DNA of 64,000 nucleotides from Pecten maximus (taxonomy: Eukaryota): assembly GCF_902652985.1 (NCBI RefSeq), contig NC_047017.1, forward strand, positions 31,620,001-31,684,000. Direction: 5' to 3'. Numbering within the stretch: the stretch's first letter is position 1; each line of letters starts with the position of its first letter. Positions 13,015-27,600 of this stretch are shown here, one piece after another. Made by a program: the position numbers and the translations under genes. The notes beneath the pieces are model-generated. The model saw only the letters and a program-made list of their open reading frames with translations, did not search any database and was not told where the DNA came from.

Positions 13015-14990
13015 AGTATGAAAATTGTCTGGCAATTTGGTGTCAAGGTCACTGTACAAAATTTGCCTGGCACTTTGATGAGTCAAGGTCATTGTATGAA
13101 AATTGTCTGGAACTTTGATGATCAAGGTCATTGTATGAAGCTTGTCTGGCACTTTAGTGTGTCAAGGTCAGTTTATGGGACTTGTCTGGCACTTTGATGT
13201 GTCAGGGTCATTGTATGAAACTTGCTGGCACTTTGGTGTCAAGGTCATTGTATGAAAATTGTCTGGCACTTTGATGAGTCAAGGTCATTGTATGAAGCTT
13301 GTCTGGCGCTATGGTGTCAAGGTCATTGTATGAAACTTGTCTGGCACTTTGATGTGTCAAGGTTATTGTTAACGTCAGGGTGCCTTTGGCACCTGCCGTT
13401 ATAGGCGTGGTGGGGAAATGTTGTTACTGATTGACATCTTCCGGCTAACTATTCCTCTTTTCTGTCATACAAATGATATACATCCGCAGCCTTATATAGT
13501 TCCTATTTTGATAGCAATTATTGACAGAAATTTTAATAATGTAAACCGTGTTTACTGCAATTATTTAAAATGAAATGTTAATGTTTGGTGTTCTAGACTA
13601 TTTTAGAGTATAATTATTAATATTTTTCCTCGTCAGTATATGCAATTTTGTTGGCGTAGGATTACGTAGTTCTGTCTCGATATTGCCTTGAAAACGAAAG
13701 TAGAAAAATCAGTTTGATCGTCGTGGAAATTTACATGCATTCACAGAGAAACTATTCACATCTGTTTATCCTGAGTTCATATGCAGGAACATTTGATAGC
13801 TTAAACCCAATCCTATTTACGTAGTCAAATGCACCCGAGCATTCCACGAGATAACTTCAGCTGTCACGTGACTCTTCACTAGTCAGCCAAAATGGCAGTT
13901 ATGTCTACTGTAACTAAACCAACGACCGTTCGCAGTTTCATATTCATTTGTAAGTCGCTAGAATACGCAAGAAATATGACCAGGAATTGAGGGCACGTTA
14001 TAACAAACTACATTGCCGTTTTTCGTGAGGATTTTATTAAATAAGATTATTATTTGTTGTTTGAAAAGAATCTAATGATTATGATCTGTGACTGTGACTG
14101 ATGTACTGGCGGTGTCAAAACTAGATATGTCTCGTCCGCAACCGCAATTTTCTATCAGAGTTAAAATGTGTTACTTAAGGGGTCATAAAATAGATGTTTG
14201 ATAGGCCTTATTAATAACTTATAGTATAAATAAAATTAAAAAAACTTCGGCTGTGTACATCCTAGATTTTATCTTTTGTTGTAGTTACATGTTCTGTTAA
14301 TAGACCGATTTGTCGCTCAGTTGATTCTTTTTTTCAAAGTTTACAAGCAGCTTTACTGATTCAGGAGTATATCAATAATCTTTCACAAGCATTAAAGAAA
14401 TGGGGAAAGAACTATACTCAGCTATTGTAAAGTTGTCAGCTGATATATATTATGTTATACATGTTTTCTTGAATATATATAGAATAGAAATACTAGGGCC
14501 AGATGAAGACATTTCATCTGATACAAATGTAACTTTCTGACTATAAAATCCAATTTTAAATTTCTTATAATATGACCTCAGACCCTGACGTTTCTCAGGG
14601 CCTTTGGCCCTTTGATATGAAACTTGCTGGCACTTGGTGTCAAGGTCATTGTATGAAACTTGTCTGGCACTTTGATGTGTCAAGGTCATTGTATGAAACT
14701 TGCTGGCACTTTGGTGTCAAGGTCATTGTATGAAACTTGTCTGGCACTTTGATGTGTCAAGGTCATTGTATGAAACTTGTCTGGCACTTGATGTGTCAAG
14801 GTCATTGTATTAAAGTTGTCTGGCACTTTGGTGTGTCAAGGTCATTGTATGAAACTTGTCTGGCACTTTGATGTGTCAAGGTCATTGTATGAAACTTGTC
14901 TGGCACTTTGATGTGTCAAGGTTATTGTATGAAACTTGTCTGGCACTTGGTGTCAAGGTCATTGTATGAAACTTGTCTGGCACTTTGGTG
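13015..14990. repeat. 40-bp minisatellite split in two (13015-13369 and 14615-14990) by an inserted element
   Basis: Unit gtcaaggtcattgtatgaaacttgtctggcactttgatgt on both sides of the insertion. Confidence 0.9.
13366..14614 (+). mobile_element. Helentron-like non-autonomous element without central repeats
   Basis: Subterminal inverted repeats aacgtcagggt (13371) and accctgacgtt (14582); 5' stem-loop aacgtcagggtgcc-ttt-ggcacctgccgtt; 3' hairpin agggcctttggccct; no clear TSD. Confidence 0.75.
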
Positions 14991-17568
14991 GTGGACACAT
15001 TATACCTTTATTGAGTAATTATGTAAAAGGAAATGATACCCTGTCACTGCTGGGGCTCAAACTACTGTGTTTGAGTGGATATCCTACCATTTTGGTCTAC
15101 AAGCTAGACTAAAAGGAAATTATCACTAGCCAGAGTTTGTAAGGTGATCTATACTTTTCACTTTTACATAATTAAAAAGAGCAAAATTTGAAAACTGGCA
15201 ATCATTTCCTGATCAAGTCTGTATTGCTGTAGATTTTGGGAGGATTTATTTTATATATTATGGAAATCTATACATAATAATACAGATTATCTGAACCAAG
15301 AATTTGGTTTTAAATTTAATTTGTCATTTAATAAATTCCAAATAGAGCTGATATATTTTGTGTATGATGGTGTGGCTATTAAGTTGAACTGAATAATGTG
15401 ACAGTACAAAAACTTGTTTTTGCTGTTCTTTCACTGTTATATTTGACAAAGATTGAACCTTTATGATAGATACAGAGTGGGATTTAAACATTTTACAATG
15501 TTGGAATCATGTATTTGTATGTGAATGAATACCTGTGTAATTACAGGTCGACATTTCTCACAGCCTAGTGGACGATCAATGCTAGATGGCCATGCTTGAT
15601 TTGACATATATGTCCAGGTGTATCAGAAATCTTTAATCTACATAAGTGGGTGATATGTACATTTCTTACAGACACCCACTAGACACTGTACTCTAACTGC
15701 CAGAGTCTAACAATGAATATTCCAATTTCACGTTACAGGTAGAATCTATCTTACTTAAACTTTAAATGTGTCGTAGTAGTTTCCTATGTCATGTATATAG
15801 AGAGGTAATTATTTTTCAATTTGTGGTGCTGGGTGAAGTCGTAGTTCCTATATGTTGTTGTATAAAGCAGTACCATATTTATCCTGTATCTTGGTGAGTC
15901 AACACATAAACTTTGACATAAAGAAGGGCTGGACTTCTTGCAGAGTATTGAAAAGTCATATATTAGCATTCTCACTGACCTTGAGAAATCAGACATTGAT
16001 GATGGCATTTCAGTATGATGACACTATAAATAGGCCCCACCAGCTGTCTGCTCTGTCTTCATGACTTTAGCGGTTGTTAGGAGGAAAATCCCTTCACAAA
16101 GGATGACTGTTTATCATGTCCACTAAATAATCAGCCAATCCTTTCTGTCACTGTTTGAAAATATTAAGGACTTCCGACCATAGTCCCAGGTTTGAAAACC
16201 AAGAACCTGGGATTGTGGTGGAGTCATTGATATTTCACCTTGTGATAAACATTCATAAATAATCTGATATATGATATATATATTTATATTACATATGATA
16301 TATAAATATAAGATATTTTATTCCAAAGGGGTATAATTCAACATTACAAAAAAAACAACCTAGAACCATATTTCTATAATCTAGCAGTAAGCTAGTAAAC
16401 TATTGATGCTTAATTGATTTACCTGAATGACTAATTAGATGGTGTGTATATGTGAGGAGCATGTGAGTAGTATACAAACCTGATCTCAGCTCTAGATAGT
16501 TCAAGTTCTTTATTAGTTTGAGCTTTGCAGCTCATCGGATAGGTACATGTATACCTATTATAAATCATTTATACATAGCTAAGTCAAGGTATACAAACAG
16601 CTTGGTTACTTTATCTGCATTCTGTTTGGAAGGATTTAGAAATTATTCCTTTTACAACTTAAGGATCCCATTCATTAGATAATGAATACTAACATATAAT
16701 GTATGCTTTTATGATATTAACATACAGGTTTTGAGGGCTTGTATTGGTAAGGCGGCCTGAAGCTGGAAAGATTATGCTATAGAAAAGCTGGCCTATAATA
16801 AAAAATAAGTGATTCATGCGAACAGATTTTAATTAACTAATGCTAAGTGACATTCATTTCAGAAATCAGAAAATATTCTTTAACATTACACACATGCAGT
16901 TTGCTTACCAACTTGACAGAATGTTTTAACTTTAAATAATTGGAAATGTAGGGGTTGACACTATTTTTATCGCCTTGACTGACCACTCGGCTGCCAGGTT
17001 TTGAAATGAGGTAGTCCAGGCTGCCAAAGGTGAAGCTCCTTTTGGGGAATTTGGTAACATGTCCCTCCAGCCCCTTACCCCAGCATTGGGGAAAAAAATG
17101 AATTCTAGATGCAGTTTCCTGCATTCTATTTCAATTTGAGCATACAAATATTAGATCTTACACCAGGGGGTTTTATAAAAGAAAAAATTTGCAGCCTACA
17201 GGGCTGCTGCATGGTCTGAACATTCTGATAGCCCGACCAGATTCCAGGCAGCCCTAGCTGGGCTACTGTTAGTGTTGATCCCTGAAATGTGGTTGTTATG
17301 TTATTAAAACTTATTTGTAATGAATTTTTGTTTAGTCATGCAAAAGTGTTTGGCTGTGTCCTGAGTGATTACTCTGAAAATTTGTGGAACCATCCCTGGG
17401 TTGATGAAAACTTGTGGAATCATCCCAGGTACTGGGTTGATGAAAACTTGTGGAATCATCCCTGGGTTGAACAAAGTCTTTGTCAATAGATCTACAGTAG
17501 TTAAACAGCCCTATCCTGACTGTCAGTTAATCTGGTCAAATGCCATATCCTCACATTAGTGGCCACAC

Positions 17569-18235
17569 AATTTTCCTTGTTGTAGGACAGACAATATTTC
17601 CCTCTAATTTTCCTTGTTGTAGGACAGACAATCTTTCCCTCTAATTTTCCTTGTTGTAGGACAGATAATCTTTCCCTCTTATTTTCCTTGTTGTAGGACG
17701 GATAATCTTTCCCTCTAATTTTCCTTGTTGTAGGACAGATAATCTTTCCCTCTAATTTTCCTTGTTGTAGGACAGATAATCTTTCCCTCTAATTTTCCTT
17801 GCAGTAGGACAGATAATCTTTCCCTCTAATTTTCCTTGCAGTAGGACAGATAATCTTTCCCTCTAATTTTCCTTGTTGTAGGACAGATAATCTTTCCCTC
17901 TAATTTTCCTTGCAGTAGGACAGATAATCTTTCCCTCTAATTTTCCTTGTTGTAGGACAGACAATCTTTCCCTCTAATTTTCCTTGTTGTAGGACAGATA
18001 ATCTTTCCCTCTAATTTTCCTTGCAGTAGGACAGATAATCTTTCCGTCTAATTTTCCTTGCAGTAGGACAGATAATCTTTCCCTCTAATTTTCCTTGTTG
18101 TAGGACAGATAATCTTTCCCTCTAATTTTCCTTGTTGTAGGACAGATAATCTTTCCCGCTAATTTTCCTTGTTGTAGGACAGACAATCTTTCCCTCTAAT
18201 TTTCCTTGTTGTAGGACAGATAATCTTTCCCTCTA
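17569..18235. repeat. 37-bp minisatellite (about 18 units)
   Basis: Unit aattttccttgttgtaggacagataatctttccctct. Confidence 0.95.
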
Positions 18236-18692
18236 TTTGCTGATCCTAATAATTTGATTTAATCTGAGTAAAAATTACATGTCCAATCAGATAACAATTA
18301 TCAAAGTTATACCAGGTGTACTCTCCATCACAGTATCAGGCATATGATGGCATGAACCTTGTAATTGCATTTTGTATTTACAGGGGGATGCTCCATATAT
18401 GTTCATAGACAGCACTCATGCTAATGCTGTATGTCTTTATAAAAATGGAAATGAATTGTTGCAAGGAGCTATAGCTATTTAAAAAGATCGACTTTATCAC
18501 ACATCAATAATAATAATATGACTATAGCATTACTGTCGGTCAGCAGGGACAAAAATATTCTCATTGTACAGCCTACCTAGGAAACTGAAAAATGTAGTAT
18601 TATGATGAAAGGGGTGGAAAGCTCTGTCTAGTTTTGTACAAATAATAAAATAGCATCTAGGATGCATGGTAATTTTCATGTTTTATTTGCAG

Positions 18693-21600
18693 GTTGCTGA
18701 ATCAAGGACAGCTTTAGATACAAAATCTCCAAAGAAATATGCCCATGTCCTTGTACGACTCAAGAGAATACAGGTAAGACAATTTTATTGTTTATTTCAT
18801 ATAATTTCATTTTATTGTATCTAAAACATATTCTTACGAGACTAAAAGTAGCTCATGAATCAATTGATTGTATTTAAAGTCTTTTAACCAGACTAAATTA
18901 AAGTAGATGGATATTAAGTATTTCAAATTAATTACATAATTTGAGTTCGTAAATGTGGCATATCTGACAACTTTCCATTAATGTAGAATACAGCAAAAGG
19001 AGTTCTTGTGAGATTCCTTTCACATCTTTGTAAAGAAGGATACTGCAATAATAAGATATATGTTCCCATATCATTTTTGGTAAAAAATAGGCATACATGT
19101 ATACCCGGTATATACAATGTATGTATGTATTGTGAGTCCTTTTTAAAAAAAAATTGCCTGAAAAAGGCTGGTTGGACACTCCAACATGATCTATGCATGG
19201 TCTAATCAATGATACTAATGAGCAAAATGGGTTGTCATTTATTTGGTATTGTTTGTGTACACGAGGTTGTAAACCCTAAATGCCTACACAATGAAAAATA
19301 TTACATGCTAGATTCTGACAATGGATTGGCAACATATGATATGTTACCATTACAAGTCAATTTTGTTTGACTGATCTCTTTGGATAAAAGACTACAACAA
19401 AAACTGGTACTAGATCAATATGTTGGTCATAAAATAATATACAGTTAAAATATATAGCAAGTTTCTGGTTTCCCAGAAACCTACTCTAAACCACATGTCT
19501 AAACCTGAATCTTGCTTTATCCTTCAACTTCATACCTAAGGTTATTTGTTAATCCTGTCATTTAGATAGTAATAGAACCAAATGCAACCAGAGTGATTGA
19601 AATGTACAGGCACTTAACAGGACAAATGGCATGGGCTGGGATTGGACTTGGAAAAACATTCGTTGTTGATGATATCCTGGTTTTGTGTCCAAAGAAAGTG
19701 TTTTTGAAACATAAACCAAACTTCATTCCAAATTTTAGTATAAAAATTCTTAATACATGTACTTGATTGCATTAATCAACCCGACAGCTGTCAATCTCAT
19801 CTATATTCTTCCTTAGATGTTCCTTACAATCGCCTCTATCTAATTAAGAAAATCATGACAGTGCCAACAACAAAGGCCTGTTCAGTAAAAGCTCATTGCG
19901 TCAAGTGGGGTCATCTTGGCCTCCATTGGGTTGAAAAAGTGGGGTCATGAATTCAATGGAGGGACTATAGATTTCATTGCTAGTGACTGGGTATTTTTAG
20001 CCCACTTTCAATGGTGGGCAATTCAAATCGCCCTGCATCCGTGGTCCGTCTGTCCAATCGTCCGTCCCTCCATAAACAATTCTTGTTATCACTATTTCTC
20101 AGAAAGTCCTGAAGGGATCTTTCTCAATTTCCATATGTAAGTTTACCTTGGTACCTAGTTATGCATATTGCAATTTGGGACCAATCGGAAAACAACATGG
20201 CCGACAGGCAGCCATCTTAGATTTTGACAATTAAAGTTTGTTATCGCTATTTCTCAGAAACAAGGAATCTTTCTCAAATTTCATAGATATGTAAGTTCCT
20301 CTTGGTCCCTTGGTGTGCATATTGCATTTTGGGACAGATTGGAAAACAACATGGCTGACAGGTAGCCATCTTGTATTTTGACTATTGCAGATCGTCCTGC
20401 TATATTGCACTATATCAAGTTATTAAATGTTTTGAAAGAAGAATGAAGAAGGAAAAAGAATAGAAAATATCTGTCTTTCATTTGACTGATATAGATGATT
20501 CGATGGTGGGCGCCAAGATCCCTCAGGGATCTCTAATGCATTCTTCTTGGTTTTAATACCATTTATTGTTGCTACAAAATAGGATTTCATATTTCTGGAT
20601 GAAACAGCTCGGTGCTTTGATATCTTTTCTATCAGCATATCAACTTCATGTTTTAAACAGTACTGAGTTATTATCTTAAATTACATATTTTTCTGGTCAA
20701 ATGTCACCCAACAATATGATGAAAAATAGTTATTTGATGTACCATTAAAGTCTACTGCCAACAGTGCTAATGTACAGTTCAATGCATCTCCCCTTGTTGT
20801 GTGAGAAGTCAGGAACGTGTACCATTAAGTCTACTGCCAACAGTGCTAATGTACAGTATCATGTCAAGTTTCTGTGTTGGCTGTTGCTTTCAGCTTTGGC
20901 TGCTGGTTAATGGATGTCTATTGATGATAAAATCAATACTGTGAAAAGGTTAGAATTCACATAAGACAACTGTGACCATCTTCTTGCCAGCCTTTCTAAG
21001 TACAGTGTATACAAAATTAACTCTTGGCTAGCAAAGATGAATTTACCAGTGACTAATGTATTCAAAATAGATTGAACTAAGATCTATGTTTGTATTCCTG
21101 ATAATGATTCTAAGTCAAACTAATTACAAGATCTTTGATCTTTGTAAGAAAAAAGTGAAAATATTTATGTAAGTATACACCAACTAAAGCTCCAATAGAC
21201 CTGACAAGCCGTTCTTGTAATTCATAGTAAAAATATGATCAAGTTTAACTATACTTTACTATAGTGAACTCCCATGGATTAGACTTAGCATACTTTACCT
21301 ATATATAATACTATTGAATATTTCCACACAATACAATAGGGATTAATAACAGGGATAGCAGAACCCCTTTTATTGTGACTTTGTATTGATGTACTGGCTT
21401 TTAATTCTGAACTGCTGGTTACGATAACACAGTCATAATAGCAGGGAGAATTGCCTTACCCTGCTTCCTGTCTACATGTACCACACTGTTATGGAAATAA
21501 ATTTTACCGTGGGGGAGATTTTAGTTTTGGTCTGAGTAGACTTTTATTTCATTTGAATTCATTGGTGTTTTAATATTTTATAAGGTATAGGTTTCCATGT

Positions 21601-24600
21601 TTATTTTGTACAATTACAAAGATTCATTGGTCTGCTTTTTTTAGAAATGAATGTTTTAGCAAATGTTGATATGGTCATATACCCTGCAAGACTCATTCAG
21701 TAAGTGAGTGTTTGTACCATTAAAATATATTCTTCAGTACCTATACAAAAGCAAGGCATGCTATTATAATGCATTGTGGCTGTATGACATGTAGTTATTA
21801 TAAAGATGTAATGTATTGTAGGAGTCCCTACGGTAATAGGAATCTTAGTAAACCTATAGCCATTCATGAGATGGCTTTCTCTTTTATTACAATTAAAATC
21901 CAACCTGAATACCTGTTAAACATTATTTATGTAAGATGACAATATTATGGAAGGAGAGATTTTATATTTATATATATTTTTTTATAAACGTTGAAAACAG
22001 GTTTTTATAGTCATCAGCTTTGGATTAAAGTGGGTTTTGTTCAGTGTAAATTTTAGAAGGGGAAACACATATTATACTTTTCCCCCGATTGACAAGTTTA
22101 TTGTTTGAGAAAATTGAATTTAAATCCCAATCTGCCACCTTAACACGGCAGTAAGTGCCTAGCAGAGATTTTCTATAGCTAACAAGTCTTGGGTTTGATG
22201 GGAATATCTGTAGCCTGAACACCTTTGTAAATACATAATACCAGATATTGAACTGTGAGTCAGTGCATTGATCTTATCCTTACATCTCATTTATCACCGA
22301 GCCTGGTATGTAAACTAATGACCCGTTATATTGGTGCTGGCAGATATTAAACTCTCTACTTGTGGTAAAGATTGCACTGAGATGTAAATAATGGTCGTAA
22401 TATCACAATTTATCAAGCTTCATCCTGCTGTTTGATGCAGTACTCTACAATGATGTGTTTTCAATGTAAAACTGTCCAGAGGTATGCAGTGTCATGGCTT
22501 GGCAGAATAGAATTTCTTTATCATCAAAGCTCCCAGACACATGTGTCATTAATGTTGGGTGGGAAATGGAAAATTATTCTGATTCCAAATTTCCAGAAAA
22601 AAAGCAGAATTTGCAAATGACATTTTCTGATAGAATGGAATGGGAATTAAGGTTGATAGTTTACGAAGCTTGTTCTAGAACAAAGGCTTTGTTTCAGAGT
22701 TTTTGTTTAAGTCATTTGTAAAATCTTTAGAATTATAGATTGAAAATAAGAAAATTGACTTCAAAAGTTTTAGGAATTCTGTTCAACCTAATTTACAAAA
22801 GGACTCCTTATAATAGAGCTGTCGTCGTTACAAACGATATAGATGTACATGTATTGTCGATTACCATCTTTCGATACAAATCCTTTTTTTTTCACAGAAT
22901 CAATACAAAGGCAGACAAATATGGCAAAAACTGTATATGATGATAAAGTTGTTATTTTTACTGGATATCTCCATTTTCTTCTCTTGTCTGCTCTCGTTAG
23001 TGGAGAGCAGCCATTTTATATACGACTGTAACTAGAAAGTATTTTTTATTGAATGGTAAACTTTGACATTCTTGCCTCAACAACACCAATATTTTGATAT
23101 ATATATTGACAATATCACGATATTTTTCTTATGATATATATTGATACTCAAAACTCCTATCAATCACAGCTCTCCCATATATTCAGAAAAATTGTAAACC
23201 CTGTTTGTTTTCAATGTTTTGGAATGCTCTCAACAGTTGATTGCAGAGATGAATTTATAATGTTAGTCATATCAGAAGATCGTGAAGGTTGAGTGTTAAA
23301 CATGGTATGGCTGGGGGAAGTCAACACCCATTTGACATTTACCTTGTCAAGTCAGTATAAAAACATTCACCAGACCCTTAATACCTGTACTTGTATAACC
23401 ATGACATAAGTAATTATTGATAATTATAAAGCTGGTTCTCATTTTTAGCCCACCATCATCAGATGGTGGGCTGTTCAAATCGCCCTGCGTCCGTGGTCCG
23501 TCGTCCGTCCGTCCGTCCGTCCCTCCGTCCCTCCGTCCGTAAACAATTTTTGTTATCGCTATTTCTCAGAAAGTACTGAAGGGATCTTTCTCAAATTTCA
23601 TATGTAGGTTCCCCTTGGTGCCTAGTTATGCATATTGCGTTTTGAGACCAATCGGAAAACAAAATGGCCGACAGGCAGCCATCTTGGATTTTGACAATTG
23701 AAGTTTGTTATCGCTATTTCTGAGAAAGTACTGAATGGATCTTTCTCAAATTTCATATGAAGGCTCCCCTTGGTGCCTAGTTATGCATATTGCGTTTTGA
23801 GACCAATCGGATAACAACATGGCCGACAGGCAGCCATCTTGGATTTTGACAATTGAAGTTTGTTATCGCTATTTCTGAGAAAGTGCTGAAGGGATCTTTC
23901 TCAAATTTCATATGAAGGTTCCCCTTGGTGCCTAGTTATGCATATTGCGTTTTGAGACCAATCGGATAACAACATGGCCGACAGGCAGCCATCTTGGATT
24001 TTGACAATTGAAGTTTGTTATCACTATTTCTGAGAAAGTACTGAAGGGATCTTTCTCAAATTTCATATGTAGGTTCCCCTTGGTGCCTAGTTATGCATAT
24101 TGTGATTTGAGACCAATCGGAAAACAACATGGCCGACAGGCAGCCATCTTGGATTTTGACAATTGAAGTTTGTTATCACTATTTCTGAGAAAGTACTGAA
24201 GGGATCTTTCTGAAATTTCATATGTAGGCTCCCCTTGGTGCCTAGTTATGCATATTGCATTTTGAGACCAATCGGAAAACAACATGGCCGACAGGCAGCC
24301 ATCTTGGATTTTGATAATTGAAGTTTGTTATCGCTATTTCTGAAAAAGTACTGAAGGGATCTTTCTCAAATTTCATATGTATGTTCCCCTTGGTGCCTTG
24401 TTATGCATATTGCATTTTGAGACCAATCTGAAAACAACATGGCCGACAGGCAGCCATCTTGGATTTTGACAATTGAAGTTTGTTATCGCTATTTCTGAGA
24501 AAGTACTGAAGGGATCTTTCTCAAATTTCATATGTAGGTTCCCTTTGGTCCCTGGTGTTGCATTTTGGGACCAATCCGAAAACAACAGACAGCCATTATC

Positions 24601-27600
24601 GCTAAATCTTAATTTTTAGCCCACCATCATCAGATGGTGGGCTGTTCAAATCGCCCTGTGTCCGTGGTCCGTCGTCCGTCCGTCCGTCCGTCCCTCCGTC
24701 CCTCCGTCCGTAAACAATTTTTGTTATCGCTATTTCTCAGAAAGTACTGAAGGGATCTTTCTCAAATTTCATATGTAGGTTCCCCTTGGTGCCTAGTTAT
24801 GCATATTGCGTTTTGAGACCAATCGGAAAACAAAATGGCCGACAGGCAGCCATCTTGGATTTTGACAATTGAAGTTTGTTATCGCTATTTCTGAGAAAGT
24901 ACTGAATGGATCTTTCTCAAATTTCATATGAAGGCTCCCCTTGGTGCCTAGTTATGCATATTGCGTTTTGAGACCAATCGGATAACAACATGGCCGACAG
25001 GCAGCCATCTTGGATTTTGACAATTGAAGTTTGTTATCGCTATTTCTGAGAAAGTGCTGAAGGGATCTTTCTCAAATTTCATATGAAGGTTCCCCTTGGT
25101 GCCTAGTTATGCATATTGCGTTTTGAGACCAATCGGATAACAACATGGCCGACAGGCAGCCATCTTGGATTTTGACAATTGAAGTTTGTTATCACTATTT
25201 CTGAGAAAGTACTGAAGGGATCTTTCTCAAATTTCATATGTAGGTTCCCCTTGGTGCCTAGTTATGCATATTGTGATTTGAGACCAATCGGAAAACAACA
25301 TGGCCGACAGGCAGCCATCTTGGATTTTGACAATTGAAGTTTGTTATCACTATTTCTGAGAAAGTACTGAATGGATCTTTCTGAAATTTCATATATAGGT
25401 TCCCCTTGGTGCCTTGTTATGCATATTGCGATTTGAGACCAATCGGAAAACAACATGGCCGACAGGCAGCCATCTTGGATTTTGACAATTGAAGTTTGTT
25501 ATCACTATTTCTGAGAAAGTACTGAATGGATCTTTCTGAAATTTCACATATAGGTTTCCCTTGGTGCCTAGTTATGCATATTGCGTTTTGAGACCAATCG
25601 GAAAACAACATGGCCGACAGGCAGCCATCTTGGATTTTGACAATTGAAGTTTGTTATCGCTATTTCTGAGAAAGTACTGAATGGATCTTTCTCAAATTTC
25701 ATATGAAGGCTCCCCTTGGTGCCTAGTTATGCATGTTGTGTTTTGAGACCAATCGGATAACAACATGGCCGACAGGCAGCCATCTTGGATTTTGACAATT
25801 GAAGTTTGTTATCGCTATTTCTGAGAAAGTGCTGAAGGGATCTTTCTCAAATTTCATATGAAGGTTCCTCTTGGTGCCTAGTTATGCATATTGCGTTTTG
25901 AGACCAATCGGATAACAACATGGCCGACAGGCAGCCATCTTGGATTTTGACAATTGAAGTTTGTTATCACTATTTCTGAGAAAGTACTGAAGGGATCTTT
26001 CTCAAATTTCATATGTAGGTTCCCCTTGGTGCCTAGTTATGCATATTGTGATTTGAGACCAATCGGAAAACAACATGGCCGACAGGCAGCCATCTTGGAT
26101 TTTGACAATTGAAGTTTGTTATCACTATTTCTGAGAAAGTACTGAATGGATCTTTCTGAAATTTCATATATAGGTTCCCCTTGGTGCCTTGTTATGCATA
26201 TTGCGATTTGAGACCAATCGGAAAACAACATGGCCGACAGGCAGCCATCTTGGATTTTGACAATTGAAGTTTGTTATCACTATTTCTGAGAAAGTACTGA
26301 ATGGATCTTTCTGAAATTTCATATATAGGTTTCCCTTGGTGCCTAGTTATGCATATTGCGTTTTGAGACCAATCGGAAAACAACATGGCCGATAGGCAGC
26401 CATCTTGGATTTTGACAATTGAAGTTTGTTATCGCTATTTCTGAGAATGTACTGAATGGATCTTTCTCAAATTGCATATGTAAGTTTCCCTTGGTGCCTA
26501 GTTATGCATGTTGTGTTTTGAGACCAATCTGAAAACAACATGGCCGACAGGCAGCCATCTTGGATTTTGACAATTTAAGTTTGTTATCACTATTTCTGAG
26601 AAAGTACTGAATGGATCTTTCTGAAATTTCATATGTAGGTTTCCCTTGGTGCCTAGTTATGCATATTGCGTTTTGAGACCAATCAGAAAACAACATGGCC
26701 GACAGGCAGCCATCTTGGATTTTGACAATTGAAGTTTGTTATCGCTATTTCTGAGAAAGTACTGAATGGATCTTTCTCAAATATGGAGGTTCCCCTTGGT
26801 GCCTCGTTATGCTAATTGCATTTTGAGATCAATTGGAAAACAATATGGCCGACAGACCGCCATCTTGGATTTTGACAATTGAAGTTTGTTATCTCTATTT
26901 CTCAAAGTACTGAATTGATCTTTCTCAAATTTCATAAGTAGGTTCCCCTTGGTCCCTTGTATTGCATTTTTAGACCAGTCTGTCCTGAAATAACCTGGCA
27001 AACAAACAGCCATTATCGTTAAATCTCAAATTTCTTATATAGCTAGGATTCCCTTGTTTGAAAAGTACTGGAGGGATGTCTCAATTTGCACAGATTAGTA
27101 AAATGAAGGGAAAAGTAGAGAAAAGATCAATCTGACATGGAACCTATGAAGATCATTCAATGGTGGGCGCCAAGATCCCTCTGGGATCTCTTGTTAGCTC
27201 ACCTGGACTGAAGGTCCGGTGAGCTTATGCCATGGCGCATCGTCCGTCGTCCGTCCGTCAACATTTGATTCAAATCGCAACTAGTCATAAAGTTCTTATT
27301 GGATATTGATCAAATTTGGTCAGAAACATCCTTGGCAGAAGGGGAACAGATTTTGCATAAATGGTGACTCTGACCCCCATAGGTCCCAAGGAGCGGGGCC
27401 CAATAGGGGAAATTGAGACAATTCCTTTAAATCGCTACTAGTCATCAAGTTATGAATGGATTTGAACCTAATTTGGTCAGAAACATCCTTGGGGGAACGG
27501 GAACAGATTTTGCATAAATGGTGACTCTGACCCCCAAGGGGGCAAAGGGGAGGGGCCCCATAGGGGAAATAGAGGTAATGCCTTTAAATCGCTACTAGTC

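Noticed and set aside
15852-15893. Candidate first coding exon MLLYKAVPYLSCIL with GTGAGT donor in phase 0
   Set aside because: Phase-compatible with exon 18693 but has no resemblance to the expected CFAP97D N-terminus; unsupported without cDNA
24091-27013. Repeated 64-aa ORFs (MLFSDWSQ...)
   Set aside because: Translations of the 155-bp satellite inside non-autonomous elements
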